From: the human T2T-CHM13v2.0 reference genome, Homo sapiens
Direction: 5' to 3' (one strand)
Length of the DNA stretch: 64,000 nt
NCBI RefSeq assembly: GCF_009914755.1
Contig: NC_060939.1
Position numbers and translations under genes: made by a program. This document shows, in pieces, positions 1 through 10,336 of the stretch (within the stretch, counting starts at the first letter, position 1; each line of letters starts with the position of its first letter). The notes beneath the pieces are model-generated. The model was not told where the DNA came from, searched no databases, and saw only the letters and a list, made by a program, of their open reading frames with translations.

Positions 1-1419
1 ACTGCTGGAGGGAGACACGAGCGCCCCGTGGTAGCAACAGAATTGAAGAGGGTGAGAGTGCAAATCCTACCTGGTCAGAGGCAAATCCTACCTAGGTCTG
101 AATTGAGGGATGATGAGGAAGAAGGGAGGTGGGCAATGGTTGAGTCAGGGCTTCATCCTCTGTACTTCTACCAGCCTTTTAACCCTTCAGTTGTTCTCAC
201 AATCGTATCCTCACTTGATTCCTAGAAGCACCACGGGTAGTCGGGAATGTCAGGGGAACCATGGCTCTTGGGCACAGAGACGCATCCCAGGTCACACTGC
301 TTGGCTGTGATGACTTCAGTGAGCTCTTTCTAGCCAGGGGATATGTTATAGGCTTTGTGAGTCCAGTGTCGAGAAGCAGGAGGCCCTGTTCTGCCCGGTG
401 GCCATCTGGGAGTGGGGTCACTGTGACCCTGCTGTGTGTGGCCAAGGTGGCAAGGAGCATCGAGTCCACTGAGACCAGACAGGAGCCCACTCCGCTCCTG
501 CCCCGCCTCCACCTCCCACCTCACCACCTGGTTTTTGTTCCAGGCAGCCACATTTCTCAGCTTTCCCCCAAGCTGAGACCTGGAGGGGATCCAGTTTGAC
601 CAGTGAGTTGCACGTGGCAGGGTGCCGGGACGCCTGGGGAAGTGTGGTGTTCCAGACACAGCCACCGCCCTGTCTCCTCGCTGCTTCCTGCCTGAATGCA
701 GAAGCGGAGTCCGGCTGGGGGTGGCCATCTGGCGACTCTGAGGACAGAGTCTATGCTTGGGATGGCAGAGCCGGATGCTCAAAGGAGCCTGGATCCCCAG
801 CACTTCCTCATGTGGCTCCACCAGCCCTGCCTGCTTCTGGACTTGCTCTATAAGAAAACGAAACTCCTGTCAGGTTCAGTGGCTGTGGTCGGCTGTGGTC
901 AGGGGCAGCTGAACAGAACTTGAAGTCTCAAAGGTCATGAAGCCCATCAGAAAACAGGAGCTCCCTGGCGCCTGCAGCCTCTTGGTCTCAGATCCAGCTC
1001 CTGGGACCTCAGGGCCTGCCCCTTCTCCTGCCTTGCACCCCAAAGCCTGCCTGGGACCCACAGCCCCCTCCCTGCGGCTGCTGGGAGCTGTGAGTGGCAC
1101 CCACGCACTCTGGGCCTGGTCTTTCGGCCACGACACTCGCCACCTCTGCTGGGCAGTCTCAGTAAGTATTACTCCTTCCACGCAGGCCGACTGTAGGTGG
1201 CCGGAGGACAGTCGAGCAGTTCCTTCTGTCTGTCCTGCCATCCACAGCGGCCAGTCTTGCCCAGATCCATGTGGTCTCAGGACTGTGCTGAGGGGTCCAG
1301 GGAGGCTGCTGTTTTCCCCAAGTTACGCACAAAGCAACCATAGGTGAAGGGGCTTGCTGGGGGCCTGTGGCTGGTGAGTGGTAGAGATGGAAGCAGAACC
1401 TCATTCAGATGTCCCTGTT

Positions 1420-1600
1420 CTGTGGCTCTCAAAGGGAAGATCCCTGAGCACACATCAGAATCACCCAGGACATTGCTCACGATGCACACTCCCCAGCCCC
1501 ACTCCAGGCCTACCAAACTGGGATGTCTGGGGAAGATTCCCAGGAATCTGCATGGTTGGGTACCCCCCTCACAGCCCAGGCATGATTCTGGTGCACACCG
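1420..1600. mobile_element. MER5A-like hAT-Charlie MITE
   Basis: catcagaatcacccagg...ccccactccaggcctacc...cccaggaatctgcat...cccagg-catgattctggtgcacac follows the MER5A consensus layout. Confidence 0.75.
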
Positions 1601-1704
1601 AAGACCAAGCACCTCTCTTGAGCTGAGCTCTCTCCCCAGGCATGATTCCGGTGCACGCCGAAGACAAGCACCTCTCTTGAGCTGAGCTGTCTCCCCAGGC
1701 ATGA
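1575..1704 (+). repeat. Tandem duplication, 59-60 bp unit, about 2.2 copies
   Basis: Units start with cccaggcatga at 1575, 1635 and 1694; copies 1 and 2 differ by a few substitutions and one indel. Confidence 0.95.
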
Positions 1705-1847
1705 GGGTCAGACCTGCAAGGTGTCAAGTGCAAGCCTCCATCTCATGGTTCGTGGTTCCAGGTGATGACCCTGAGCCCAGCACCCCAGAACACAGAAGCA
1801 CTTTCAGCCTGCAAAACAGCCAAAAATCCTGATGCCCAGGCTAAAAC

Positions 1848-1925
1848 CTAGACCAGAGAAATCTGAATCTGTAGGGGTGAGACCCAGGCACGGGCACTTT
1901 TAAAAGTTCCCCTAGTGATTCCAAG
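1848..1925. mobile_element. MER5-family fragment
   Basis: aatctgaatctgtaggggtgagacccagg...ttttaaaagttcccctagtgattcc. Confidence 0.6.
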
Positions 1926-1994
1926 GCCAGAGCTGCCTGTCCCCAGGCTGCGTAGGGGAGAAAGATGCTTCTTCCTGGGGGAAGGTGGTGGGGT

Positions 1995-2137
1995 GAGGCT
2001 ATTAAACACACAACTAGGCCCCACCCCAGAGTTTCCCATCCAGCAGGTCTTGGGAGGGCCCAAGAATTTGCACTTCTATCAAGTTCCCAGGTGGTGCTGG
2101 TGCTGCCGGACTGGGAGCCACACTCTGAGAACCCCTG
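1995..2137. mobile_element. MER5A1-like MITE
   Basis: ggccccaccccagagtttc...gggcccaagaatttgcacttctatcaagttcccaggtggtgctg...ccacactctgagaacccctg. Confidence 0.8.
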
Positions 2138-3344
2138 GAGAAGGAAGCAGGAGTGGAGGAAGAACTGAGGGTGGTTACATGTGGTCCTTGTTAAGGGGCA
2201 GGTGACTTGCTCCACTGAGCAGGGCCCACCTGTCCTGTTTTCTTAGGTGCTATGGATTCTCCAAATGCACCTGCTGAGGATGGGAATGTGCCTCTCCTAA
2301 CATCACTGAAGCCATATAGATAAAGAATTGTGACCTTCCATCCAGGGCCCCGGGGATGGCAGGGCAGAGTGTGCGCTGCACAAATCCGGAAGCCACCATT
2401 CACCTCCCCTGCACTGTGGCCCTCCCTGGCATTGCCAAGCCTAACACATTTCCCACTGAAAGCACAGCATGTGGCTGTGGAAAGTTTCCTGTGGCACCTC
2501 AGAAATTCTGCACCCACATTTGCTTTCATTTGTCTCCTTTCTGCCCCTCCTCATTTCTGTTGGAGCTCCATCCCCCTGGAGGGTTTAGGATGGGATGGAT
2601 CTGGCTGGCTTGGTACGGGGGCCTCTGCCCTACCCAGGACCCACCAGAAGCGAGCCTCCATCCTGGAACCAGGCGCTCGGCCTGGCTGACCCAGCTAATC
2701 CGGGCATGGGCAGCTCAGCCAGGTCAGGAGCATATGGCCTCCCTCCTTTGCCACTTCGTGCTGCTGATTAGGCCTCCTCCACAAGGAGATAAACCTGCTG
2801 GAGGAATTTGTTTTCTCTGGCAGCCCACACTCTGTCCAACAGAACTGCAGGCTGACTCACTGGCGCTGGTTTCCTCTGAGCCCCCGCCCATGCACGGCCT
2901 GTCCGGGCTTCTCCCTTTCAGGAGGCACTTCCTGGCTTGACCTACGTGTCCTGGGAGTTTCTGTCTTGTGATTCGGGCCCAGCTGCCACCACATTCCTTC
3001 CGTGACACTTGGCTGGAGTGGGTGGGCAGCCGTGAGCGGGCTGGGGAATCTTATCAGAAGGTGTTCCGTCTGGGGCCTGAGCACAGAGAGAACTCGCCAG
3101 CCCAGGAGCTCGGCTGGCAGGAGTGGAGGGCCCCCAGGGGAGGCCCCTCTCCGCAGGGAGAGAGGGCAGGTGGGCAGGGCCCGTGGGGGAGAACACACCC
3201 AACCCACCAGTGGGGAGTGAGGCCTTGCCAGGTATGAAACCGTTGGGGAAAGAATGTCCAAACCAGCTGGTGCCTCCCTCATTTCTATCTCCAGACCAGC
3301 CCTCTCCCCTGAAATCTGGGGTCATAAATCCAACTGCCTCCCTG

Positions 3345-3470
3345 ACAAGCCTGCACTCCTGATTTCTACCCCCAAAAGCTATGTACGCCTCCCAACATCT
3401 CAGCAACTCCATCGTTTCTTAGCTCAAGCCAAAAATCATGATGCTATCCTTGACTCCAAGCCTTCGGCAC
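3345..3470 (+). mobile_element. L2 fragment
   Basis: ttagctcaagccaaaaatcatgatgctatccttgactcc resembles the L2 ORF2-region consensus. Confidence 0.6.
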
Positions 3471-3478
3471 ATTCTACT

Positions 3479-3482
<4 letters not shown>

Positions 3483-3511
<29 letters not shown>
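3483..3511. repeat. poly(T) tract
   Basis: About 29 consecutive T. Confidence 0.95.
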
Positions 3512-4395
3512 GGTACACATGAGTTTGACTGGATGACTGACTGAAATGTCACCAGCAACTCTCCACAGGGCCAGATGGGCACTGTGAGAAGCCCTCCCTC
3601 CCTTTTACTTTCTCCCCCAGGGCAGAGAGAGGAATCTGCCCTTAGGCTTACTTCCCTGGGAGGAGAGCATCATCCTCCAACCTCTCCCACCAAAGTGAGG
3701 TCCCCATGAGGTCACTGATGGTCCTGAGTTGGGACTGAAGGCTGGCAATATTCTTCTCCAAGCCCTGCACTTGAGACAAAGCCTGGAAAAGCCCCTGGCT
3801 GGGCTAGCTCACAGGCTTCCTGAGAACTGCTACTCAGAGAGCTGTGCTCTAGCTGGGAGGATCACCTTCTTGCAGGTCATGCCCCATATTTTGCTTGGTC
3901 CTTGGATGAGAGGAGGGAGAAACAGAGGGGACGAGGCATGGACCAGATCCCTTGGCAGTAGCTAAACCTTGGGAGCTGCCACCAGCTGCAATTACTTGCT
4001 TCTGCCTTTAATTTCATGTTGAGAAGCCACGGGTGATGGAAAAAGAAATTGGTCCCCATGGGCAGAACGCTTTTTCGATATGCATTTATTAGCAAAGCTT
4101 CTGAAGGTGTCGTAAGCTGAACGCGAGGCAGCTGCCTCTAGAAGTGAGATTCACATGCAGGGTGGAAATGGTAGATGGGAGATCTGGAGGAGAGACACTT
4201 TGGAGAAAAAACTTCTGTTTGCAAGGGACCGTTATTTTAAAGTTCAGAACATTTTTGCAACTATCCCCCTACCCGCCCCCCGGCAACCTCCTGGCTTGTC
4301 CCTTATTTCAAATCTATTGTTGCTCTCTAAGGGCCCATCCGAGCTGATGTTCTTGCTGATGTTCTTCTTCGAATCAGTGAACCAAGGAATTTTAG

Positions 4396-4500
4396 TACAG
4401 GTGCACCTCGTTTCGCATAATTGATATGTGTCTGAAAAATGATGTGTTAATTAGCTTTGTTATAAATTAAATGCTGTTTTAAATGCAACAAGATGGTTTG
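4396..4500. mobile_element. Possible ancient Tigger-like DNA transposon end
   Basis: ta-caggtgcacctcgtttcgcataattgatatgtgtctgaaaa resembles a TcMar-Tigger TIR after a TA; no partner TIR found. Confidence 0.3.
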
Positions 4501-6189
4501 CATTTTAAGATAATCTGATGGCAAATTCATTATTTTCAAAGGCTCTTATAGCCAGTTATACTCCGGTTCATGGCTCCTTCCCCAAGCAGCCTCAGAAACG
4601 TCGCTGGGATGGATTATGATTCATATCATCACAGACATCCACAAATAGAGAGAAACTCAGATATTTTCACCGTGGTTTCCAAATGCTTTCTCTTTTTTCA
4701 GCCATGGAACTAATGTTTCAAATGAAATCTGGCTCAGAGCTGAGTGAATGGGACAGGGGAGAGGGGGGTCTCTCCTGCTGAATTAGTGTGGAGAACCCAA
4801 ATCCCCACCTGCCTGACACCCGTGTAGCTCCCTATGCTCCCTCATGAAGTCCCCAGCACCCATTGGAATGCCCAATTTGAAAAGCACTGCTCTCAAAGCG
4901 TCATAAGCATTTTCTCTTATCAGCAGTTCTACCTCTAAGACTCTAGATCCTCCCACTGGAGCACAGATGTTCGTCACAGCTTCATTTTTGACAGCAAGTA
5001 TTATAGAGGAAAACAGTTTAGCTCCTGCCACTGCACCGTCAATGGAGAATACACGGAGAGCCCGGACTTAGGAATAACGAGGCATCCCTCCCTGTCTCCC
5101 ACAGGGGTGGAATCAGTGGAGCCTAGTGGGGAGGTAGAATTGCCACTCTGGGCTAGTAGGAACAAGGATCTTCCCACCCCCGCCCCCCTCCCCAGGCATT
5201 AATAAAGGACAAGTAGAGAACATGAACTTCTACTTCCACCTGGCAGTAACAAAACAGCACAGTGTCTCCACTTTTGCTGCTGGAGCAATCTCAGAAGAAA
5301 CCAACTGGAACAGAAGGTTTAAATAGAATCCAGAATTTCACAACATAATACCCCAAATGTCCAGGTTTCAGTCAAAAATCACTTGTCTTATTGAGAACCA
5401 GCAAAACCTCGATTTGAATGAAAAAGACAATCAATATATACCAATACTGAGATGATGAAATGTTAGAATATGATAAGCAAATATGATAAATATGCTTCAA
5501 AAAGCAATTACAAACACACCTGAAACAAGTGAAAAATAGAAAATCTAGGCAAAGAAATAGAAGATAAAAAGAAGAACCAAATGAGAAATTTAAAACTGAA
5601 AAATACAGTAACTGAAATTAAAAACTCAATGATGGGCTTAACAGTAGAATGGACTGAGAAAAGTATCCACAAACTCGAAGATAGAATGACAGATATTACC
5701 CAGTTTGAACAAAGAGAACATAGACAGAAGAGTAAGAAGAAGGAGGAGAAGGAGAAGAGTAGTAGTAGAAGAACAAGAGAGTTTCAGGGATATGTGGGAT
5801 GATTAAAAAATTCTAACATTTATTGTCATCAGAGTTCCAGAAGAAGAGGAGAATGAGGGCTGAAAAAGTACTCAAAGAAATAATGGCTGAAAACTTCCTA
5901 AATTTGTCAAAAGACATAAATTTACTGATTCAAGAAACTGAGTGACCCTCAAACAAAATAAATTCAAAGAAATTTATCCCAAGAAACATCATGGTAAAAT
6001 TTAATGTGAAACTTTCACATTATAGTGAAAACCAAAGACAAATGAAAAATATTGAAAGCAGCAAGAGAGAAATGACACCTTACCTGGAGGAGAAACAATT
6101 CAAATGACACTGGGTTTCTCATTAAAAACCAAGGAAGCCAAAAAGAAATGTCACTGCATTTCCTAAGAGCTGAAAGAAAAGAAACCTCA

Positions 6190-6475
6190 GGCTGGGTATG
6201 GTGGCTCATCCCTGTAATCCCAGCACTTTGAGGAGGCTGAGGTAGGCAGATCACTTGAGGTCAGGAGTTCGAGGCCAGTGTGACCAACATGGTGAAACCC
6301 CATCTCTACTAAAAATACAAAAATCAGCCAGGCATGGTGATGGGTGCTGGTAATTTCAGCTACTCAGGAGGCTGAGGCAGGAGAATCGCTTGAAACCAGG
6401 AGGCAGAAGTTGCAGTGAGCCGAGATCATGCCACTGCACTCCAGCCTGGATGACAGAGTGAGACTCTGTCTCAAA

Positions 6476-6505
<30 letters not shown>
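6190..6505 (+). mobile_element. AluS
   Basis: Full dimer with A tail; TSD aaagaaaagaaa(c/t)ctcag on both sides. Confidence 0.97.
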
Positions 6506-6508
<3 letters not shown>

Positions 6509-6949
6509 GAAAAGAAATCTCAGCCCAGAATTCTATATGCCATGAAAATATCCTTCAGGAATGAAAGAGGAAATCAAGACATCACAGATGAAGGGAAACT
6601 AAGATAATTTGTCACCAGAGACCTAAAAGAATGGAAGTTCTCTAAACAGAAAGACAATGATAAAAGAAGCCATCTTGGAGCATTAGGAACAAGAAGGAAC
6701 AATGGAAAGGGCAAAAATATAGACAAATACATTTTCCTTCTCCTCTGGAGATTTCTGAATTGTTTCATGATTGAAGCAAAAATTATAGCACTGTTTGATG
6801 AGTTTCTAAATGTATATAGAGGAAATATTTAAGACATATTATAAATAAGAAAGGGTAGAGGAATATAAAGGGAGGTGTGATCCTACACTTCACTTGCACT
6901 GGTAAAATGTCAACACCAGTAGACTGTGATAAGTTATATAGATATAATG

Positions 6950-7268
<319 letters not shown>

Positions 7269-7492
7269 CTAGAGCAACCAGTTAAAATGCCACACAAAGA
7301 GAGACACTCCAAAACACTATCAATAAATCAAAATGGAATCCAAAAAAAAATGTCCCAGTAACCACAGGAATACAGGAAAAAGGAAATAGAGAAATGAAAA
7401 ACAGAGAGAACAAACAGAAAACAAAAAATAAAATGGCAGACTTAAGTCCTAATAGGTCAATAATTACATTAATTTAAAAGTTCTAAATACAT

Positions 7493-8180
7493 AATTTATT
7501 TTATTTTATTATTTTTTTAACCTTTATTTTAAGTTCAGGGGTACATGTGCAGTTTGTTCATAGGTAAATTGTGTGTCACAGAGGTCTGGAGTACGGATTA
7601 TTTTTTCACCCAGGTAATAAGCATAGTATCAGCTTTTTGATCCTCCTCCTCCTACCTTTCACCCTGAAGTAGGCCCTGGTGTCTGCTGTTCTCTTCTTTG
7701 TGTCCGTGTGTACTCAGTGTTTAGCTCCTAACTGTAAGTGAGAACGTGCAGTATTTGGTTTTCTGTTCCTGTATTAGTTCATTTAGGATAATGGACTCCA
7801 GTTCCATCCATGTTGCTGCAAAGGACATAATCTTGTTTTTTTATGGCTGCATAGTATTCCCTGGAGTATATGTACCACATTTTCTTTATCCAGTCTGCGG
7901 TTGATGGGCATTTAGGTTGATTCCACGTCTTTACTGTTGGAATAGTGCTGCAATGAACATATGCATGCATGTGTCTTCACGGTAGAACGATTTATTTTCC
8001 TTTGGGTGTATACCCAATAACGGGATTGCTGGGTCTAATGGTAATTCTGCTTTTAATTCTTTGAGGAATCACCACACTGCTTTCCACAATGGCTGAACTA
8101 ATTTGCATTCCCAGCAGTAGTGTATAAGTGTTCCCTCTTATCTGCAACCTTACCAACATCTGTTATTTTTTGACTTTTAA
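7493..8180 (-). mobile_element. L1PA (older primate subfamily) 3' end
   Basis: T-rich tail then tttattttaagttcaggggtacatgtgcag; minus-strand ORF2 C-terminal remnant [31 protein letters not shown]. Confidence 0.9.
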
Positions 8181-8284
8181 ACTTTTTCAATTCTAGCATA
8201 TATATATGCTATGTTTTGCCATGATATATATATAAAAAACATGGACTCACAGTAGCAGAACACACATTCTTTACAAGAGCCTAT

Positions 8285-8425
8285 ATAGCAAAGATATGGA
8301 GTCAATTTAAATGCCCATCAGTGGTTCCCGGATAAAAAAAAATGTGGTACATACACATGAGGGAATACTATGCACCCATAAAAAAGAACAAGATTATGTC
8401 CTTTGCAGAAACATGGATGGAGTTG
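8285..8425 (+). mobile_element. L1PA ORF2 3' fragment, inverted relative to the neighbouring L1PA
   Basis: aaatgcccatca...ggataaaaaaaaatgtggtacatacac...gaatactatgca...atgtcctttgcagaaacatggatggag. Confidence 0.85.
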
Positions 8426-8891
8426 GCCTTCAGGCATCACAAGAAATTCATTGTCCCAACAGGCATGGACAGAAGCCTCAAGTTCTACAGCCCATAGTCC
8501 CTGGCGCTTCTGACAAAAGCTGGGCCTCATCTCAGTAGAGGGATAGAATTAGGGTTGGGGGGCTGGGGGAAGTCTATGAGGGGAAGGAGCATCTGTAGTG
8601 TGGGATATTCACACCATTTCACTCTGGTCTTGGTGGTGGCCTGAGAGCCATGGTGGCATGGACCAACCTCATCCATGCACCTCCAGGCCTCATGGGAACA
8701 GATGTGGAAGGAAGAACTGTCACGCCTCAAGGCCCAAGGTCAGAGCCTCTCCCTTCCTGTCATTCAATGGACGTGGTAGTGGCTGTTCCACGCCCACTTT
8801 GCTGCAGTTCCTGTGAGAAGGGAAAGGCTGAGCCAAGGGAGCTGTGAAAGGGATGGGCAAGAGGGCTTGTGCAGGCTTGTATAAGCAGTGA
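8426..8891 (+). pseudogene. PRPF19: PRPF19 (Prp19/PSO4) processed retrocopy fragment: last 23 codons, stop, and presumed 3' UTR
   Basis: 8426-8497 translates [23 protein letters not shown], matching the recalled human PRPF19 C-terminus [23 protein letters not shown]; about 390 nt of non-repeat sequence follows, consistent with 3' UTR. Confidence 0.88.
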
Positions 8892-8994
8892 ACCCGGGAG
8901 GCGGAGCTTGCAGTGAGCCAAGATTGCACCACTGCACTCCAGCCTGGGCGACAGAGCGAGACTCCGTCTCAAAAAAAAAAAAAAAAAAGAAGAA
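8888..8994 (+). mobile_element. AluY, 5'-truncated (last ~85 nt plus A tail)
   Basis: gtgaacccgggaggcggagcttgcagtgagcc...gggcgacagagcgagactccgtctc(A)n with AluY-diagnostic GTGAACC and GAGCTTG. Confidence 0.93.
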
Positions 8995-9021
8995 AATTGT
9001 ACATATATATATATAGTTTTG

Positions 9022-10335
9022 AAAACTTAAGTAAATGGTGAATTTTGAAGTCAAGTTTCTCACTATTGGAATAGGAAGTTAGAGACAAGCAACAGGAGAA
9101 GGCTATAATGGGGTGGGGTGATTGATTAGAGCTGGAGATATGGATATAAACTCATGTCTAGACTAATATAGATACAGATGGATACATATTGAAATATTTA
9201 TAGATATGTGTGTATACACAGGTTAGTACACACACATAGAGTTTTCTGCTCTCTCTGCTGAGAGAGCCAAGAAGCAGTGTCACCCCAGGAGCACACCTGG
9301 TGCCCAGATCTTGATTTCTAACATCATTCTTCAACAAAAGAAATCAGAGTTCTCTGGGGAAATGGCTGGCACTACATCTGGGGCACAGACTATCTGAGAT
9401 GATCCTGGATCATCTTTTAATGTCAGAAAGCAAGAAAGTCCTCAAAACTAAGCCAAAATCCACAAAACATGATGATGGGAGTCTATCAAAGGAACGCAGA
9501 AGCCAACCCAAAGAGCTCCCAGAGACAAAGACTGGGACAATTTAAACAACAAATAAAGTAGTGTTAGATCATAACCTAAAATAAATATCTGAGTCCATAT
9601 TGTCATAAATAAATTATTCAATACATAGATAAATGGAAAAAATAGACAAATATTCTCCCTTCAAGGAGATAGCACATAACTCCTCATTCCTTAAGTATGG
9701 ACTGTGCCTAATGAATTTCTTTCCAAAAAGTACAGTAAGAAAGCAGGGGGTGGGGAGTTGGAGGTAGGGGTAGGGTGAAGAGTAAATTTTTGGTAGAGAA
9801 AACTGACAAACACTCTGTCATCCAGATGACCAAGGTTAACATTACCAGTGACAAATCATGTTGATGGTATATGTTGTTAATACGATGTGATAAGAAGGGC
9901 GCTTTGTGTTTGTGGTCTTCCTCCCCAAAACCCATAACCCCATTCTAATTATGAGAAAAAACATCAGACAAATCCCAATCAAGGGACATTTTATAAAATA
10001 TCTTGCCAGTGCGCCTCCAAAGGTCATAGAAAACAAGGAAGGTCTAAGAAATTGTCCCATCCAAGAGAATCCTAAGGAGACAATGATGACTAAATGTAAT
10101 GTAGTAACCTGAATGGAATCCTGGGCAGAAGAAGGACATTAGGTGAAAACTAAGGAAATCTGAATAAAGTATAGACCTTAGTTATTAATAATGGATCAAT
10201 ATGGGCACATTACTTGTGACAAGTGTATCATACTAATGTAAGGTGTTAATGAGGAAAACTGGGCATGAGACGTAGGGAAACTCTTCACAACATTTCCATA
10301 ACTCTAAGTCTATCCTAAAATAAAAAAGTTTACTT
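9022..10335 (+). mobile_element. L1MC-type long 3' UTR fragment nested in the L1M
   Basis: acatcagacaaatcccaatcaagggacatt...aaggtcatagaaaacaaggaaggtctaagaaattgtc...ctaaaataaaaaagttt. Confidence 0.75.
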
Positions 10336-10336
10336 A

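Noticed and set aside
18-36. CTCF-like motif CTACCACGGGGCGC on the minus strand
   Set aside because: Two mismatches in the core; cannot be supported without ChIP data.
60-93. 13-bp direct repeat gcaaatcctacct (similar short duplications near 12200 and 14043)
   Set aside because: Ordinary short slippage duplications with no associated structure.
8426-8497. Functional L1-PRPF19 fusion peptide
   Set aside because: Only a partial last WD40 blade with several substitutions; the upstream L1 piece is decayed and no promoter or credible long frame supports translation.
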